The position numbers and the translations under genes were made by a program. Below are positions 34,445 through 48,863 of a stretch of 64,000 bases of DNA, piece by piece. Source of the stretch: Octopus bimaculoides (lineage: Eukaryota); assembly GCF_001194135.2 (NCBI RefSeq), contig NC_068983.1, positions 90,115,106 through 90,179,105 on the forward strand. Direction: 5' to 3'. The stretch's first letter is position 1. Each line of letters opens with the position of its first letter. Under the pieces are notes generated by a model. The model worked only from the letters and a program-made list of their open reading frames with translations. It searched no databases and was not told where the DNA came from.

Positions 34445-37400
34445 ACTATTTTCCCCCTCTTTGTTTACGTTCTGTGTAATGATTCGTTTCCACAGTAATC
34501 ACTTCAAAGGAAATATAAAAAAAAATTGTCTAATAGTTTCATTTCCTTGCAAAGACTCTGACTAGGTCTAATGTTTTCATAAAAATAACTAAGAAAAACA
34601 GTTTTTAAATTCTTACTGTATTCAGGTGCAAATTTTTTTTTTTTTAAATTATTATTATCAGAACTATTGTCAGAATTGTTTCACTTTCAGAAAAAGAAAT
34701 ACCTAATTCATAATCACACACATGGTTTTTATGTTTATATTTTCTTAGGTTTTTCTATGTCTTCTTTCAAAAATACTTGAATTCAAACTTGTTGCTTGAC
34801 AACATGAAACTGGTATCCATTTTGCATCCATTGTGAAACATTTCAGTAAATCAAAGTGGCAAAAAATATTTTTTTAAAATCTCCAAAGATTCACCTCACT
34901 TAGATATCATGTACAATGATTGTGGACTGTGTAACTCAATTGTTTACATAGTGAAACCACATGTTTTCATGAATGTACTGATGAGATTTGCATTGAAATT
35001 TTCATTAAAATACAAAATAGTTTGTTTCAAACAGGTACAGCTGGTTTGGTAACAAAAGATTTAAATATTCTTGACATAAATTTTTTTCTCCTACCCAACA
35101 ATCATAATGTTTTATTTTCTAATTATCACTTCTGTATTGGACATCATTTTTGTTCTTATAGGCCCTCTTCTGACTGATCTCTGTGTCTCTCTCACTCCAA
35201 AGGTAGACATTCCTTGTGTTTTATTAAGCCATATTTCTTTTGACTACATTCAATGATTGTGGAAATTCTGGGCCAATATAGGGGATACTAAAATGTCAAT
35301 GTCTCCATCTTGTTCTTGCTAAGGAAATCCAATGTTTAGCCTCTAGCTTGACTGCAAGAACTTTTGAAAGGAAGACAAGTATTTAGTCTTACCTCATTAG
35401 AGGCATAATTTGAATTTAGTCAAGGTTTACAAGAAACCCAAAAGGTAGTGAGGTCATTTTTGCAGAGCTGGAGGCCAGGAGACCTAATCTGAATGATTGA
35501 GCAGATTATGATCAAAGGTATCGTAGCCATAACCATCTCATATTTTTTCTTTGCTAGGACAAAATTATCCAGTGTGTCCTTCCTTTTAAGATGGTAGAGT
35601 GTGATCTGAAGATTTGGTTGCTACTTCTAGTAAATTAAGTGCCTACAGAGAGTTGTCCTCATTGGCTTATAGCAAAATGTGTTTAATGCAACTGTGAAGT
35701 GAAGCAGCTGTCTGAGGTATGAGGTTATCATATCAAGTGTAAGATGACAATTTCTGTTTTAGGGTCCACATTCATGACCTTTGCAGGGTGTGTCTGATGT
35801 GAAACCACCCAAATCTATTGTGTGAAATACTGTATATAAAGTGAGGCCAATATGTTTAACACTTAACGTGATATGTGTATAGCATACACTCAAGTGAAAT
35901 TCCTCTCCCCTTTATATGTACATACATTTGAACATAGCAAATAACAGCTAACCGTTGGCCACTATTTAGACCTCGTTGCATCCACTACTCTGATTGGTTA
36001 GTATTAGCGCAATTTCTCTCTTACTCTATCGTGCCAATATGCAGCGTATAACCAATTGGAGCCCATAAATAAGATTACATGAAACAGCCTGTTCTCAACC
36101 CTGTTGAGCCTACTGTTCCGTGTAAAAATTCACCTTCTCCTTGTCTTGAAGTCTTTGATTCCAGACCTTTTAAAGTCTAGCCACTGACCACACAAGACAC
36201 ACAGTCAGATCCAGCAGCAATACCACATGTCCAGGTTTCAACACAGCACTGTTTATGAATTTCTTCATTCTGGATCAACAGCAAAGATACAACTTGCAAG
36301 CCAGACGACAACACCCATCCAGCAGCATTATGGCAATCTCTTTCTTCATCACTACCATCTTCTTAACGATGTCAACAACATCTCCACGTACACAACAACC
36401 AGCAGCACTGCACAGGTTCTAACATAGCACTGTTCAGGAATTACTTCACCATGGTTAACATGGTTAGCAAGTATACAACCTGTGAGAAATTCTGTACAAG
36501 TGACCCAGGCAGCAGCGTTACAGCCACAACTTCGTACGACATGTACTGCACCAGCTCTACATCATTGCCTCAACTTCTTGTTGCAGTATTTCAATCACCG
36601 TGTACAATTGACTATGAACTGGTATTTCTTATTCTTGTGTCTATGAACATTTGTCTTAACTTCTCATTATAGACTCTTTCACTTTCTCCTTCATTGTTAT
36701 TCTTATATGTAGCACACACACACATACATGCCTATACACACATACACTTTGTTCTCATGATGGCCTGTCTATTATTCTGTATACATGATGCGCACACAGA
36801 CACACATGTTAAGCTATCAATAAAACTTCTCTCTAAACCTTCTACTTGGTTGTGTCTCTCTTTCCCCCACTGGCACGTATGCATTATTCCAGCCTTTTGA
36901 ATAGAGTTATTATTAGATGGTTTCACCACACTACCACACTACCATGTGCTTGCTTGAAGTTAATATTTTTAACATTTACAATGAAGTGCCTTTAAAAATT
37001 TTAACATTGCTCAAATATCTGTAATGTTGTGCAGAAATAGGCTTGTATATAATCAACACAATATAATCAACACAAACCTAGAATTGCCGATATTTGAAAT
37101 AAAGAATGGTGATGTTAACCAAAGTATAATCCAGTGAAGTTATCTTGTCAAGAGAGACAAATATGATTATCTACATGTGAATATGATATTCACTTGTATG
37201 ACCATTGCCTTAAATTACATCCAAAAGCATAGAATTTCTATCATTTCACTCTGCTCTACTATTACAAATCTCTGTTTCTCTAAATTACCTAGTTGCATAT
37301 TTGTTCTATCCAGGCTTGTTAGACATATCTGTTACCTTGTTTCACATTGAACATGATTCTTACTCTCCTGAACACCATCCTTCAAAAACCCCTTTCCAAT

Positions 37401-37539
37401 ATTTTATGTTAAATTTCTATCCATATGCTTCAGCTTTGTATCTAGACTGAGATAAGTCTTCATGCAAACAACCTCTCTAGTGCCAGTGACAAGCTCAAAT
37501 AGACACAGTCCATATGTCAAATGGCTGGCTATAGGAAAT

Positions 37540-39658
37540 TGTTATAATGTGGAGCCTCATCCACTTGTATGTTGTCATCTGCACTTATATTCTTGTCACC
37601 ACTATTATGTTGTGGCAATATTCTGTGTCTTATCTTTGACTTGGCAATCGTGCTATTGCTGATAACTTCACAAGACAATAACTTTGAAATGTCTACCTTG
37701 ACAGTAACTCAAACTCATAAATCACGTAACTGACACTGACTCCAGCTGAAAACTCTTATGACTCTACTATTACTGACTACATTTTAAATAACTCCATGCA
37801 TTCTGTGCCAAGTAGGTCTAATGATTTTTTTTCAACTTATAAATGATTGTCCTTTTTGTTTCACCTTGAAAAGTTACATTGCAAATGCATACAATTTCTT
37901 TCCTGTAACACCATATGCTACTTTATTTGATTTAAATAATTTTGGCTTACTGATTTGTCGCCATGTTTCTTCATTTATGATAGTGATGTCACTACCTGTA
38001 TCTAATTGCATTCTGATACTAGTGGTTTCGATTCTCACCTTGATGAATTTTCTGTTTGTTGTACAAACTTTTTTCTCTGATGACAAACTATTTATTTTTT
38101 CTTGTTTGGTCCAATTATTTGTCATCTTAGTTCTGCAGTGCTATTTAATGTGTCTTGTGTTCCCACAATGAAAACATTTCACTCTTTTGAACGGACACTC
38201 TATTCTCAGGTGCCTACCACCACATACCATACACAGGTTTATCACCCGAGATATATCGTGTTTTTTGTGAAACACTTTATCTATCTTCTGACTTTTTTGC
38301 ACTGGTTTTATCTGTAAACAGTCTCTGCATTGGATTTCTTCTGTGTCATGCCTTACTTTTAATATATCACACTCTTCTGGCTGTTTCTGGAGAGTTATAT
38401 CCTGGTTCATTTCCAGCTTTGCAAGAATTTTCATTCTGACTTCTGTGTCCTTTTTAGCTGTAAGTCCCTGAGCAAAAATCAAGCACTTGAACAAGCCTGG
38501 AGTTAGTTTATCCAGTTTAAATCTCTTGTACTCTCTGTTCAATCTACCTGCATATGTGGTAAAGTCTTCATCATTTCTTTTCTCAGTGTTCAAACACTTC
38601 CATGTGTTGAAGAACAATGTTTTTTCACTAAACATCCGACATAAAATGTCATTTGTGTTCATGAAATTTATGTCAGAAACTTTTGTAGGTAATATAAAGT
38701 TACAGTATTTCTCATGCTCTATCATCACCAGTTTCCTCAGAATTAGATGCATTTTCATTTCAACCATCCAGTCTTGACATTCGTTTTTGAAAATTTGTTC
38801 AAATCTTCGGTAATATGCCTCGAAAATGATTCCTTCTTCCAGGTCATATTTAAATTCATTTATTGAATTTGCTACAAAGTCTGGTGAAAACGTATTTTCT
38901 GGTTTACCAACTTCATTAGTTGCAGCATTTGTTGCTGTAACATTTGCTGTTTTTACAACTCACCTGCTGTTTTTACTCAAGCAAGTTTTCTATAATTTTA
39001 CAGTTGTAAAATATATACAACAAAAATGTTAGTTACTCCTCTGTCACGTTTTTAATTTCTCCTCGTGAAAAAATTTTCAGTGTTGTCTGCATGAATTATT
39101 TTATTTTCTTGTGAAAAAATTTTGTTTTTTGCAACTCGACAAAACCCTCTGACAAGTTTTCCATAATTTTACGGTTGTAAAATATATACAGCTAAAAAGG
39201 TTTGTTACTCCTCTGTCGAGTTTTTAGTTTCTCCACATGAAAAACTTTTCAATGTGGTCCGCATGAATTGTTTATTTTCTCCCGAAAAAAATTTTTCTTT
39301 CAATGTTGTCCATGTGAATTGTTTATATCCTTGTTGCCACTGTTGTAATGTGGATCCTCATCCACTTGTATGTTATCATCAGCTCTGTAATATTCTTGTC
39401 GCCACTATTGTGTTGTGGCAGTATTCCGCATCTCTTGTGCTATTGCTGATAGCTCCGCGAGACAATGACTTTGAAAAGTCTACCTTGAAAGTAACTTGAA
39501 CTCGTATAAATCATGGAACTGACACTGACTCCAACTGAGAACTCTTACAATGACTCTACTACTACTGATCTTCTAGAATGACTGATTGTCTGACTTTATA
39601 GTGGCTGTTTCATACCACTTTGTCACATGGGAAGGAGTGTACCATTTTCACTGCAACA
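37540..39658 (-). mobile_element. Deleted Gypsy (Mag-like) element: LTR-PBS-gag-pro-partial LTR
   Basis: 5' LTR 39341-39658 (TGTTG...CAACA), PBS-like TGGCAACAAGGAT at 39339-39327, gag with CCHC knuckles, protease QLDTGSDITII, 3' LTR remnant 37540-37790, flanks gaaat/gaaag. Confidence 0.9.
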
Positions 39659-39845
39659 GAAAGGTTGTAAAATTATGCAAAAATTACCTTCAAAATATGA
39701 CATATGTAATAATAAAGATTGGCTGTTATCTTTGTTGTTAAGTGCCAGTTGATGGACTGATAACTGTCTGGCTCATACTAGCATTGGAAATAAGACAAAA
39801 TGATAAGTTAGTAGGGTTATTATCACAGAGAAACCCAGTGCTGTG

Positions 39846-40030
39846 ATCATCATCATCATCGTTTAACATTTGCTTTCCATGCTAGCATGGGTTGGATGAT
39901 TTAACTGAGGGCTGGCAAGCCAGAAGCTGCACCAGGCTCCAATCAGATCTGGCAAAGTTTCTACGGCTGGATGCCCTTCCTAATGCCAACTACTCCGAGA
40001 GTGTAGCGAGTGTTTTTTACGTGCCACCGG
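39846..40030 (-). mobile_element. RTE 3' end
   Basis: (cat)n tail and ggctggatgcccttcctaatgccaac. Confidence 0.8.
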
Positions 40031-42107
40031 CATATGGGCCAGTAATAAAAATAATTCATTTGATTTTTACAAATACAAATATTCTAGGTTGCACTTAAAA
40101 GCTCATGTAGCTGATTTGTAAGCATTATTATCAACAGTTTATAATCAGTGTATCACAGACACCCTCTTCTCTCTGCCTGTTTTGTTACCACTCTCAATAT
40201 GGCCTATTATTTTGTCCTTCTTGACAGAGAATGCTTGTCTTATCTCCAGTCAGATAGACAGCCTGACAGCAAACTGCTAAACATAGATGATGGATAAATG
40301 GAAAGAGTATTAGGTAAATTAACAGATAGGTAATCAACATAAAAGTAAAGTGACTGTACATAAGGTGTGTTAGCAAAGAGTGTTTAAAGAATTTTGAGAT
40401 CTTTTTTAAAATTCTTCCAACTATCATCCACTTGAATTATTTCAACTTTTTATCAAATTTCTTCAAAATTTTCCACACTGGTGTTGTTTTGCATGTTGAT
40501 GATGAAAATCCCATTCATGTATCTAGAAATTAATAATTAAAAAAGTTACAAGCCTTTAAAATTATGTAATTTCTGACATAACAGGAGTCACAACTGTCTG
40601 TTTCCACAGGAATGGCGAACCAGTGTTAAGCTGGTCAACTTACAAGATGGATACACTCAACAAGTGTTATTCTTTTTACTAGCAAATCTACCCATCTACA
40701 ATGGAGGCATAAAATGAGAGAGGGAAGTCATAACAGCAGAATGTATTGAGAAATGTGTAAATCCTTGTCACCGGAATTTTAACAAAAAAAAATCAAAGGT
40801 GATTTATTAATACCAAACTCAATATCCACCAAATAATCATACTTTTTCATATTTTTTTCGCTAATGACCTTCCTGATTACCTCTTTTGTAATCCCGAAAA
40901 CATTGTGACCATTGGTCCAGCTGTTTGACTGAGAAAAGGGAACAGATAGATAGACGGACATAATCATGCCCATTATAAATAAGATTTGAGGAAAAAAATT
41001 ATCTTTAATTAAATTCTTCTCACTCAAGAATGACTCAATCTTTGTATAACATACAAAGTAATTATAGGCATGGCTACCATGTTTTTTTCTGGGGTCTGTT
41101 GGATTACACTGTTCAATGTTTTCTTAAAGACAGTATGGTAGATATAGCTGCTCTTCTTTGCAAGTTGAATGACCACATAGTTTCATTAGTAAAAGAATCA
41201 ATCTAGACTAAAATTACTATGTACACCATCAATTTTTTTTTAATCACAGATCATGTTAATTAGATATTAACAAAAGCAAGGAAGGAACTCAGAGAGATCT
41301 GAGTCTACTGTAAATGATGAGTGCTACTGTGCAATTTATCACTTGCTTGAGGCAGGCCCATGTATTTTCCTCTTGTTGAGTGTGGTTTCCATCTTGCAAG
41401 TTGACAAACTCCATGCTATAGTTCACCTTTCCAATGGAAACTCATAGTTGCAACTTCCTGTATGCTAGCAACGGAGGCTTCTGATTGATTTAAATAACAT
41501 AATCTTAAATGTCTATAACTCTTTTATTATTAATTTCTTAAGAAAAATGAATGTGATTTTCATTATCAGCATGCAAAACTAAAATTTTCTATGCTGATGT
41601 AGAAAATTGGTGGGAGAAAAAAAAAACATCAAGTAAAAATTTGAAAAAAATTCAAGTGTTTGGAAGAATTTAAAAAAGAAAAAGAAACTGAATTTTGTTT
41701 ATGAGAAAAACTGGCCTGTCTTTGAGATATCAATGAAACAAGATTGGATTTATTAATTCGAGTTATTCATTCCCTCTTTCTATATATTTTAAAATATTAT
41801 TTTTACCATACTGCCTTTCTTAATCTTGATAGTATGACTATAAAAGCTGTGCTCAGTTATTCCTTCTTAGCAGTATTACTAAAGAATAACACATTATCAA
41901 GAATAATCCTGGTGTGAGTCATGTTATCAAAGGATGACCTTGTGGTAAGTTATATAATAAAAGAATAACTTTGTGGTGGATTGTGTTATCAAAGAAAAGT
42001 TGGTATAGCTGTATCATCAAGATTAAGTTGGAAAAAGGGAATGAATAACTGAATGAATACATCCAGTATTGTTTCCTGTCATTTGAGATACATTTTCTTT
42101 TTTTTTT

Positions 42108-42295
42108 AATTCTTTTTTATTTGTTTCAGTCATTTAACTGAGACCATGCTGGAGCACTGCCTTTAGTCGAACAAATCGACCCAGGACTTATTCTTTGTAA
42201 GCCTAGTACTTATTCTATCAGTTTCTTTTAGCCAAACCACTAGGTTATGGGGATGTAAACACACCAACATTGGTTGTCAAGTGATGGTGAGGGGG

Positions 42296-42336
<41 letters not shown>

Positions 42337-42494
42337 AACAACGGGCTTCTTTCAGTTTCCATCTACCAAACCCACTCACATGGCTTTGGTTGGCTCGAGG
42401 CTATAGTAGAAGACATTTGCCCAAGGTGCCACGCAGTGGGACTGAGCTTGGAACCATATGGTTGGGAAGTAAGCTTCTTACCACACAGCCACTC
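42108..42494 (-). mobile_element. SINE family C with internal (CA)n
   Basis: Reverse complement of the 59515-59890 type (ggctatagtagaagac, cccaaggtgcc, cttcttaccacacagcc). Confidence 0.85.
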
Positions 42495-42799
42495 TTGAAT
42501 AATTGTTAAAGACAGCCTACAATTGTATTGTCACTTGACTTTTTATGTTGATTATCTGACTCTCTGTCTGTAATTCTGTTTGTGCTTCTACCTAATGATC
42601 TATCAGTTAAATTTGATTATCTGCTTATCCATCTGATATTTGCCTGGCTTTCTGAGGTTGCAGTAAAAGTTGACAGAGTTTATTCCTGATGTTATGTAAA
42701 TAAGATTTTTCTCACCTTCATTCTAAGGATTATGTCATGGTTGTCAACAAGAAGGAAAGAAAATATGTAGAGAACTCTACTTAATGTAAGAAAAAAAAA

Positions 42800-43480
42800 T
42801 TTAACCATCAAGTCTATATTGCTAGGAATGAAGTGGAGCATTAGAAGTGTGCTAGTGTTCTACATTGTAAGGTTGAAGAGTGAAGTGCTTTCAGTTATGA
42901 AAGGAATTGTGCCTTTGTTTTAAAAGAAATGTGCCTGAAGTGATACGGGCATATTTATCCTCAGTGATAATGAATCAAAAGTAGTAGAGAAGCACTATTA
43001 GGAAGTTTGTTGAATTAAGTGTTTGACTAGAACAGGAAGAGCTTACTTGTAGTGGAAGGTAAAGAGTGAGTGGAAAATAGAAATAGAGATATTAAAGACA
43101 TGAAGACTGAGGAAGCTGCAAAACTTTCAGTGGGTTTTGAATAACTGAAAGAATTATGATAGATCAGATTTTATAGAAAGCTATTGAATAGTTGGCACAG
43201 TATTACTGTCATCTTCTTCAGTTGATAATTGAGAGAGTGAAAGAGAGAGAATTAATAGTTCAGATTTAAAGATGTTAGAAAATGTGTTGGTGAAATGTTC
43301 ACGGTCCTTTTGGTTAGATATGATGCAGGTTAAGTTTGCACCAGGATATGCAATCTGAAGTTTATATCTTGGTAAAGATTAAACTACTCTGTTTCATCTA
43401 TAATGACCTAGAGAAGGCTTTTGATGAGGTCCCATTTATAAATGTCAGCATTCAGAGAACTTTAGTCTTGGTGGAAACTA
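42800..43480 (+). mobile_element. Old RTE RT remnant
   Basis: DLEKAFDEVP and DMKTEEAA (KTxKAAG-like). Confidence 0.5.
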
Positions 43481-43964
43481 TAGGATACATATTTAAGTAA
43501 TGTAATGTTGTATAGTGGTAAAACATACAGTAAAGGTAAAAGATTTAATTTGGCATAATTCAATTATGAGCAAAGCAATTTGTGAGATTGGTTTATGTAT
43601 GGAAAAAAAGAAGAAATTACGCATGTATCAGTGATGATATATACTTAGTGAAAAGCATCTTGGCAAAGACATATTGGGAGTAGAGTAAGGAAAACATGAA
43701 GAAATACTTAGCTCAGAGCTCTAAACATTGGGCCTTTCAGGTTAGGTGACACAAGTTGAACCAAATAAGAAGATACTGTATAGCAGACATTCACTGCACC
43801 TTAGTGTTAAAAACAATTTAGATGATGTAGTTATAAATACACAAAGATATATACATAACGTAAATGAACACTACATACAAGTAAATAAGTATTTTTTATC
43901 TTTTACTTGCTGGGTCCACTACTTTGAAGAATTTTTAGTTGAACAAGTCAACCCCGGTATTTAT

Positions 43965-44225
43965 TTTTCTGAAGCCTGGTATTCTATTAGTCTTTTTTAT
44001 TGAACCACTAAGTTACGGGAACATGGATACAGCAACAGTGGTTGTCAAGTGGTGGTGGGAACAAAGACATACACATATACATATTCACCTGGCTTCTTTC
44101 AGTTTCTGTCTACCAAATCCACTCACAAGGCTGTATTAAAAGTCACTTACCCAAGGTTCCATGCTGTGGGGCTGAGCTTAGAACAATGTGACTGGGAAGC
44201 AAACTTCTTACCACACAACCATGCT
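43965..44225 (-). mobile_element. SINE family C, diverged
   Basis: tttcagtttctgtctaccaaatccactcacaaggct...cttcttaccacac. Confidence 0.75.
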
Positions 44226-46899
44226 GTTTATAAATATATATTTTCGTAAATATATAGGAAGTGATATATACTATAATGTATGTATAAATGTACAAATAGG
44301 ATGTGTTTTTGTATTTATTATATGCCTATGGTTTCCAGGATATCTGTTTAATTTGTGCTCATTTTCGTCAGTAATTAGTGTGTAAATATAGTGTTCTTAA
44401 CCATCTTAAATTGTTATATTATTTTAGTAATCTGATTCATTCTAATTGCCTTAACCACTAAGGCTAATCTACAGTATGTTTCCCACTTCCATCATCCACA
44501 AGTATTTTAATGCTGCTAACATCAACAATACTATTACTACCATCTACATGACCATAACTAACATTGCTAGTGTTATAACTCTCATCACAATACTTCACCC
44601 CAAAAAACTATCGCGACAATCACTACCATCTCCACTTCTACCATCTGCTGCGCCCACTATCACCAAGTGTATTCTCACCAACTTCATTATCACTCCCACT
44701 GTCATTAAGGCCAACTACCATCAGTCTCACCACTACCATGACCAGTTATTTGTTGTGTCTTAATAAGAACTCAGCGAACAAGTTCAACTTTACATATAAA
44801 TTTCATATCTTTCCTGTTATTTTTTCTTTGGTTAACTTCTTCACTTCTAGCTAAAAACTAAACTCACACTGTCACAATCTATCAATCACTGTTTTACTCC
44901 CACACTGTCATTTTCATATAACTTTAATCTTACATGATTTTCCAATTCTTCTGTCCATTTTATCCCACCTTACTCTGTTACTGCAGCTAGATGGCTTCTA
45001 ATTCACTGTCACCCTTGTGTTATGTCTTGCAGCCAAAGTTTCTCTTTCATGCACACAAGAACACTTAATTTAACTTACCAATGCCATGCATTATGTTTGA
45101 ACCATAGTAGTTTCATGTGATTAGTCTGTTAAGCAGCCAATCAGTGTCAAGCCATTGTGTGATTCAACCTTCTAGAATCTTCTTGTGCCATGTAAAACGG
45201 CTGCTTTTGGTGGCAATTGCAGAATGTTGAGGCAGCTGTCTGTTGTGACTTCATTTTCACGGCAGCCAAATGGTTAAGACAGATGACTGATAGCTGATAG
45301 AAGTTTCCTTTGCCATGAATATAGCACAAGTGTTTCCAGTTACGATGGGCTAGCCACAGATAGTTATATCAGTAATCTTGCTGTAAAACTCCAGGCAGTA
45401 GGTTTCTCCTAGTATGTAATTATTGCTGTTATTATTTATAAAAGACCAACATGATTAAACTCTATGTGCAATAATAAAATCTATGTGCAATAATAAAATC
45501 TTCTGTTAATTGTTTGTAGTTGTTACTTCTTCATGCAGCCCAAAACATAGATTTTCATTCATCAACTCAACCTGTTATCACCTCTGATCAGCAAACAAAA
45601 CTGACTCACAACAAAACTTTTGGAGAGAGTTTATAGTTCCTCACTGTAGCCTTTGATCTCTCTTTTGACATATAGGTCCTTCATAAATTCAAGACTTTGT
45701 ATAAGTTTGTTGTATCTCTATATAATATAAATAAAATTAGTTATTAATGTCCAAATGTAGATTTTTCAATAATTTTATACAGTCTCCTTTAAGGATGTTT
45801 TATTCTTGGAAAGCTTAATGAAGGAACTCAAGATTAGAGCATTGGATAACATACCTTACTTTATTTATTCCAGCTCTTTATGTTCTAAGTTCAAATTCTG
45901 CTGAGATCAACTTGGCTTTTCTTCCTTTTGGGGTTGATAAAATAAAGTACCAGTTGAGTACCGATACTTGAGTAAACCTTTCTTCTTAAAATTGCTGGCT
46001 CTGTCAGAGTGATTGGCAGAAACACTGTTGAAGTGTTTTACAGCATTTTTCTTTTTACATGCTAAGGTTGACTTCTCAATTCATCTTTTCAGGTACCAGT
46101 GAGAGGCAGGGTAAAGGATCAGTATTAGTGTTTTTTTCCTCCCAAATGTTATTGTCCTTGTGTCACAAAAACTGAAGCTTTATTTGCATGTATGTCATTC
46201 TTTGCAATAATACCTGTTAATTTTCCTCCAAGCCTTCTTTTAACAGAAGTTGAGCTGCGTTGAGTAAAAATGGATTTTAATTTCTGTCCAACTATGAAGG
46301 CATATCAAAGTGTTGGATGTCTCAGCTAAATAGCAGGCTAGATGAGATGAGTTTTCATTGAGATTGAGATAATGATTTTAGAAGTACTTTAGCATATATT
46401 GATCATGTCAAGTCTATACAGGCTGTTCTCTGTGCTCTGTTCATTCTCCAAAATATAAACTGAAATGATTTTCTACATTGTTCATCTTTACGATGACTAA
46501 TCAGATGGTCTCTCCTGGAAAAACATGCTGTCAGTGATGTAGGTCTCATTTCATCTTCAACATACAGATGTTTGGTTAGCTATGTCTTTGAGCAGTTTTC
46601 AAATTCTTCACTGGTCACTTTATCTGTAAGATAAAGATACCAAGTATTTTCAGAAAGTTCTCTTTAATGGACTGGTAACCTGTTCCTATCCATGAAAGAG
46701 TTTATCTTATATCTACTGAATGCCATTACATCAAACTATTGTGTTTTCTCGAAACCATTTTACATTGGCTAGACAAGTTGGAAAGTCAGTGTCAAAGATT
46801 CATTAGTGAATTCAAAAGCTTTAGCAGGAAAGAAATTAGAATCCTGCTAACATCTTAGAAGTGGCTGTACTCAATATGGACAACTGGGATGTATTCAAT

Positions 46900-47405
46900 A
46901 AAAAAAAGGAAATTATTTGAGAGAAAAACTGGCTGTATGTGCAAGAGAGAAGACTGTTCTAGTTTGGTCATGTAATGCATATAAATGAAGACAGATGCAT
47001 CAAGAAGTGCCAATCTCTAATTGTGGGGAGAACATGTGGAAGGGGTAAGTAAACCCAGGAAGACGTAGGACAAAGTGGTGAGAAAGGATCTTCAGACATT
47101 GGGTTTCACGGAGAGGATGACAAAGGACTGTGACTCCTGGCTGTTTGAGAAGACACATCAAGTCGAGTAAAATCGTAGTTGTCATTGCATACAGGCATGT
47201 CCCCTACATCCCTTTTCAGCTGAGTGATCCTAATCTTGTGGGCTGGTGCCACATAAACAGCACCTATACACTCTGTAAAGTGGTTGGTGTTAGGAAGGGC
47301 ATCCAGCCATAGAAACCATGCCAAAACAGACATGGAACCAAGGCAGATCTTCAGCTGTCTAACCCATGCCAGCTTGGAAAATGGATGTTAAATGACGATG
47401 ATGAT
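46900..47405 (+). mobile_element. RTE C-terminus and 3' UTR fragment
   Basis: caagagagaagactg...tttggtcatgta, then ggaagggcatccagccatagaaacc and a gatgatgat tail. Confidence 0.8.
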
Positions 47406-48741
47406 TTTGCATGTAATCATGTTTGGATAAATGAATGATAGAGATGTACTATTATTAAGGCTGTCACTCCTCTTAGGAAAAAATGCAATCTTAGCTGGAT
47501 TTATGTTTGTCAATAGCTTTAGTTAATAGGACTTTTTGATGAGGCTCAGTTTTATTGAAATATTTAGTCAGTTTTGCATTCCATCAAGTACAGGATTAGC
47601 TAAAGGCATAACTTTGTGATATTAAACACTATAAGCAACAATTTGAGATAAAACAAAGAGAAACAGACTCACTGACTACTCAAACCATATATCCATCAGT
47701 TGCTCAGTAACTACATAACTGATTACACTACAGTGCATCTGCCATTTCATCTTTTCACTAGATATTATAATGTATTTCTGATATTTTACAAACTTTTACA
47801 TCTCTTCTATACCCACAGTTTTAGCAAATGCATATAAAGTTTAGAAGAGAAATGAAATGTTCGGAGTTTCATACCTTTCCTAAGAGGATTAGCAAAATAA
47901 ACAAAATAGTTTCAGTTAAATAGACAAAAATAGTTTCAATTAACTAACACACCTACATAATTGTGTGTGCAAATGGTTTAATTGTACTCTTGAAGAATTC
48001 TCTATAGGTTTACCTTGCTGTTTTACATACTGTAATTGTAATCGAAATCCTTAAAATAGCAAATTGAAAACCCCAGTTGTGTACTAGACTACTGAGACAG
48101 TATGCTGAATGTTGTGGTATGAACTTGAACATGCTGGTAGACTATCACTAAGATGATCACAGTAAACAAACATAATATTGAAAATGTTTGTTTCATATAC
48201 CTTTGACCTTCCATTCATTTGCAATGTGACAGTATAAAAGAAATTCAGTTTATAAAGCATCAATAACATTTAACTAACTAGGGTACATTTGTATCATTTG
48301 AAAGATTTCCTTGAGATTTAAGCTTTGTTTTTAGAATGCCAGTGTGCTTTTAGTATTGCAGTATAGCTGTAAGATTTTGAAGTTGATAAAATAAGTATTA
48401 TGATCAATTAATTCACTATACTGTCCTCTAGTTAATTTGTGACCTTGTGCTAAATGTGAGAAATCCTTGCTATGATAGTAGAATGGCGCAATTGGTAAAA
48501 ATGTTGGACTTGCAGTATTTGTATTCCTTTACATTCCATGTTTAAATTCCACTGATGTTGACTTTGCTTTTCATTCTTCCAGTGTTTATAAATTAAATAC
48601 CAATCAAGTTTTGAGGTTAATTAATTCAACTATACTCATCTCCTTTAAATTTGTGGTTTCTGGTGCCATTATAAGAAGTTCTTATTAAATCCAAAGGTTT
48701 GGTAATATTTTACTTGATTTCTTTCTTTTTCTTTTGCCTAG

Positions 48742-48863
48742 GTGGCTCATAGAACAACTGGTAAGGTGATGGTGTTGAAAATGAACACCTGTTCAAGCAA
48801 TCGTCCAAATATGTTGAGGGAAGTACAGCTGATGAATAGACTTTCTCATCCTAACATACTCAG
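48742..48863 (+). CDS. TESK: TESK-family kinase, second coding exon
   Basis: Acceptor cttttgcctAG. [40 protein letters not shown](R) covers subdomains II-IV with the invariant K and E. Donor AG|GTAATA; 122 nt. Confidence 0.95.

Noticed and set aside
34970-35010. ctgatga-gatttgcatt-gaaa motif
   Set aside because: Stem II is only 3 weak pairs and there is no adjacent stem I.
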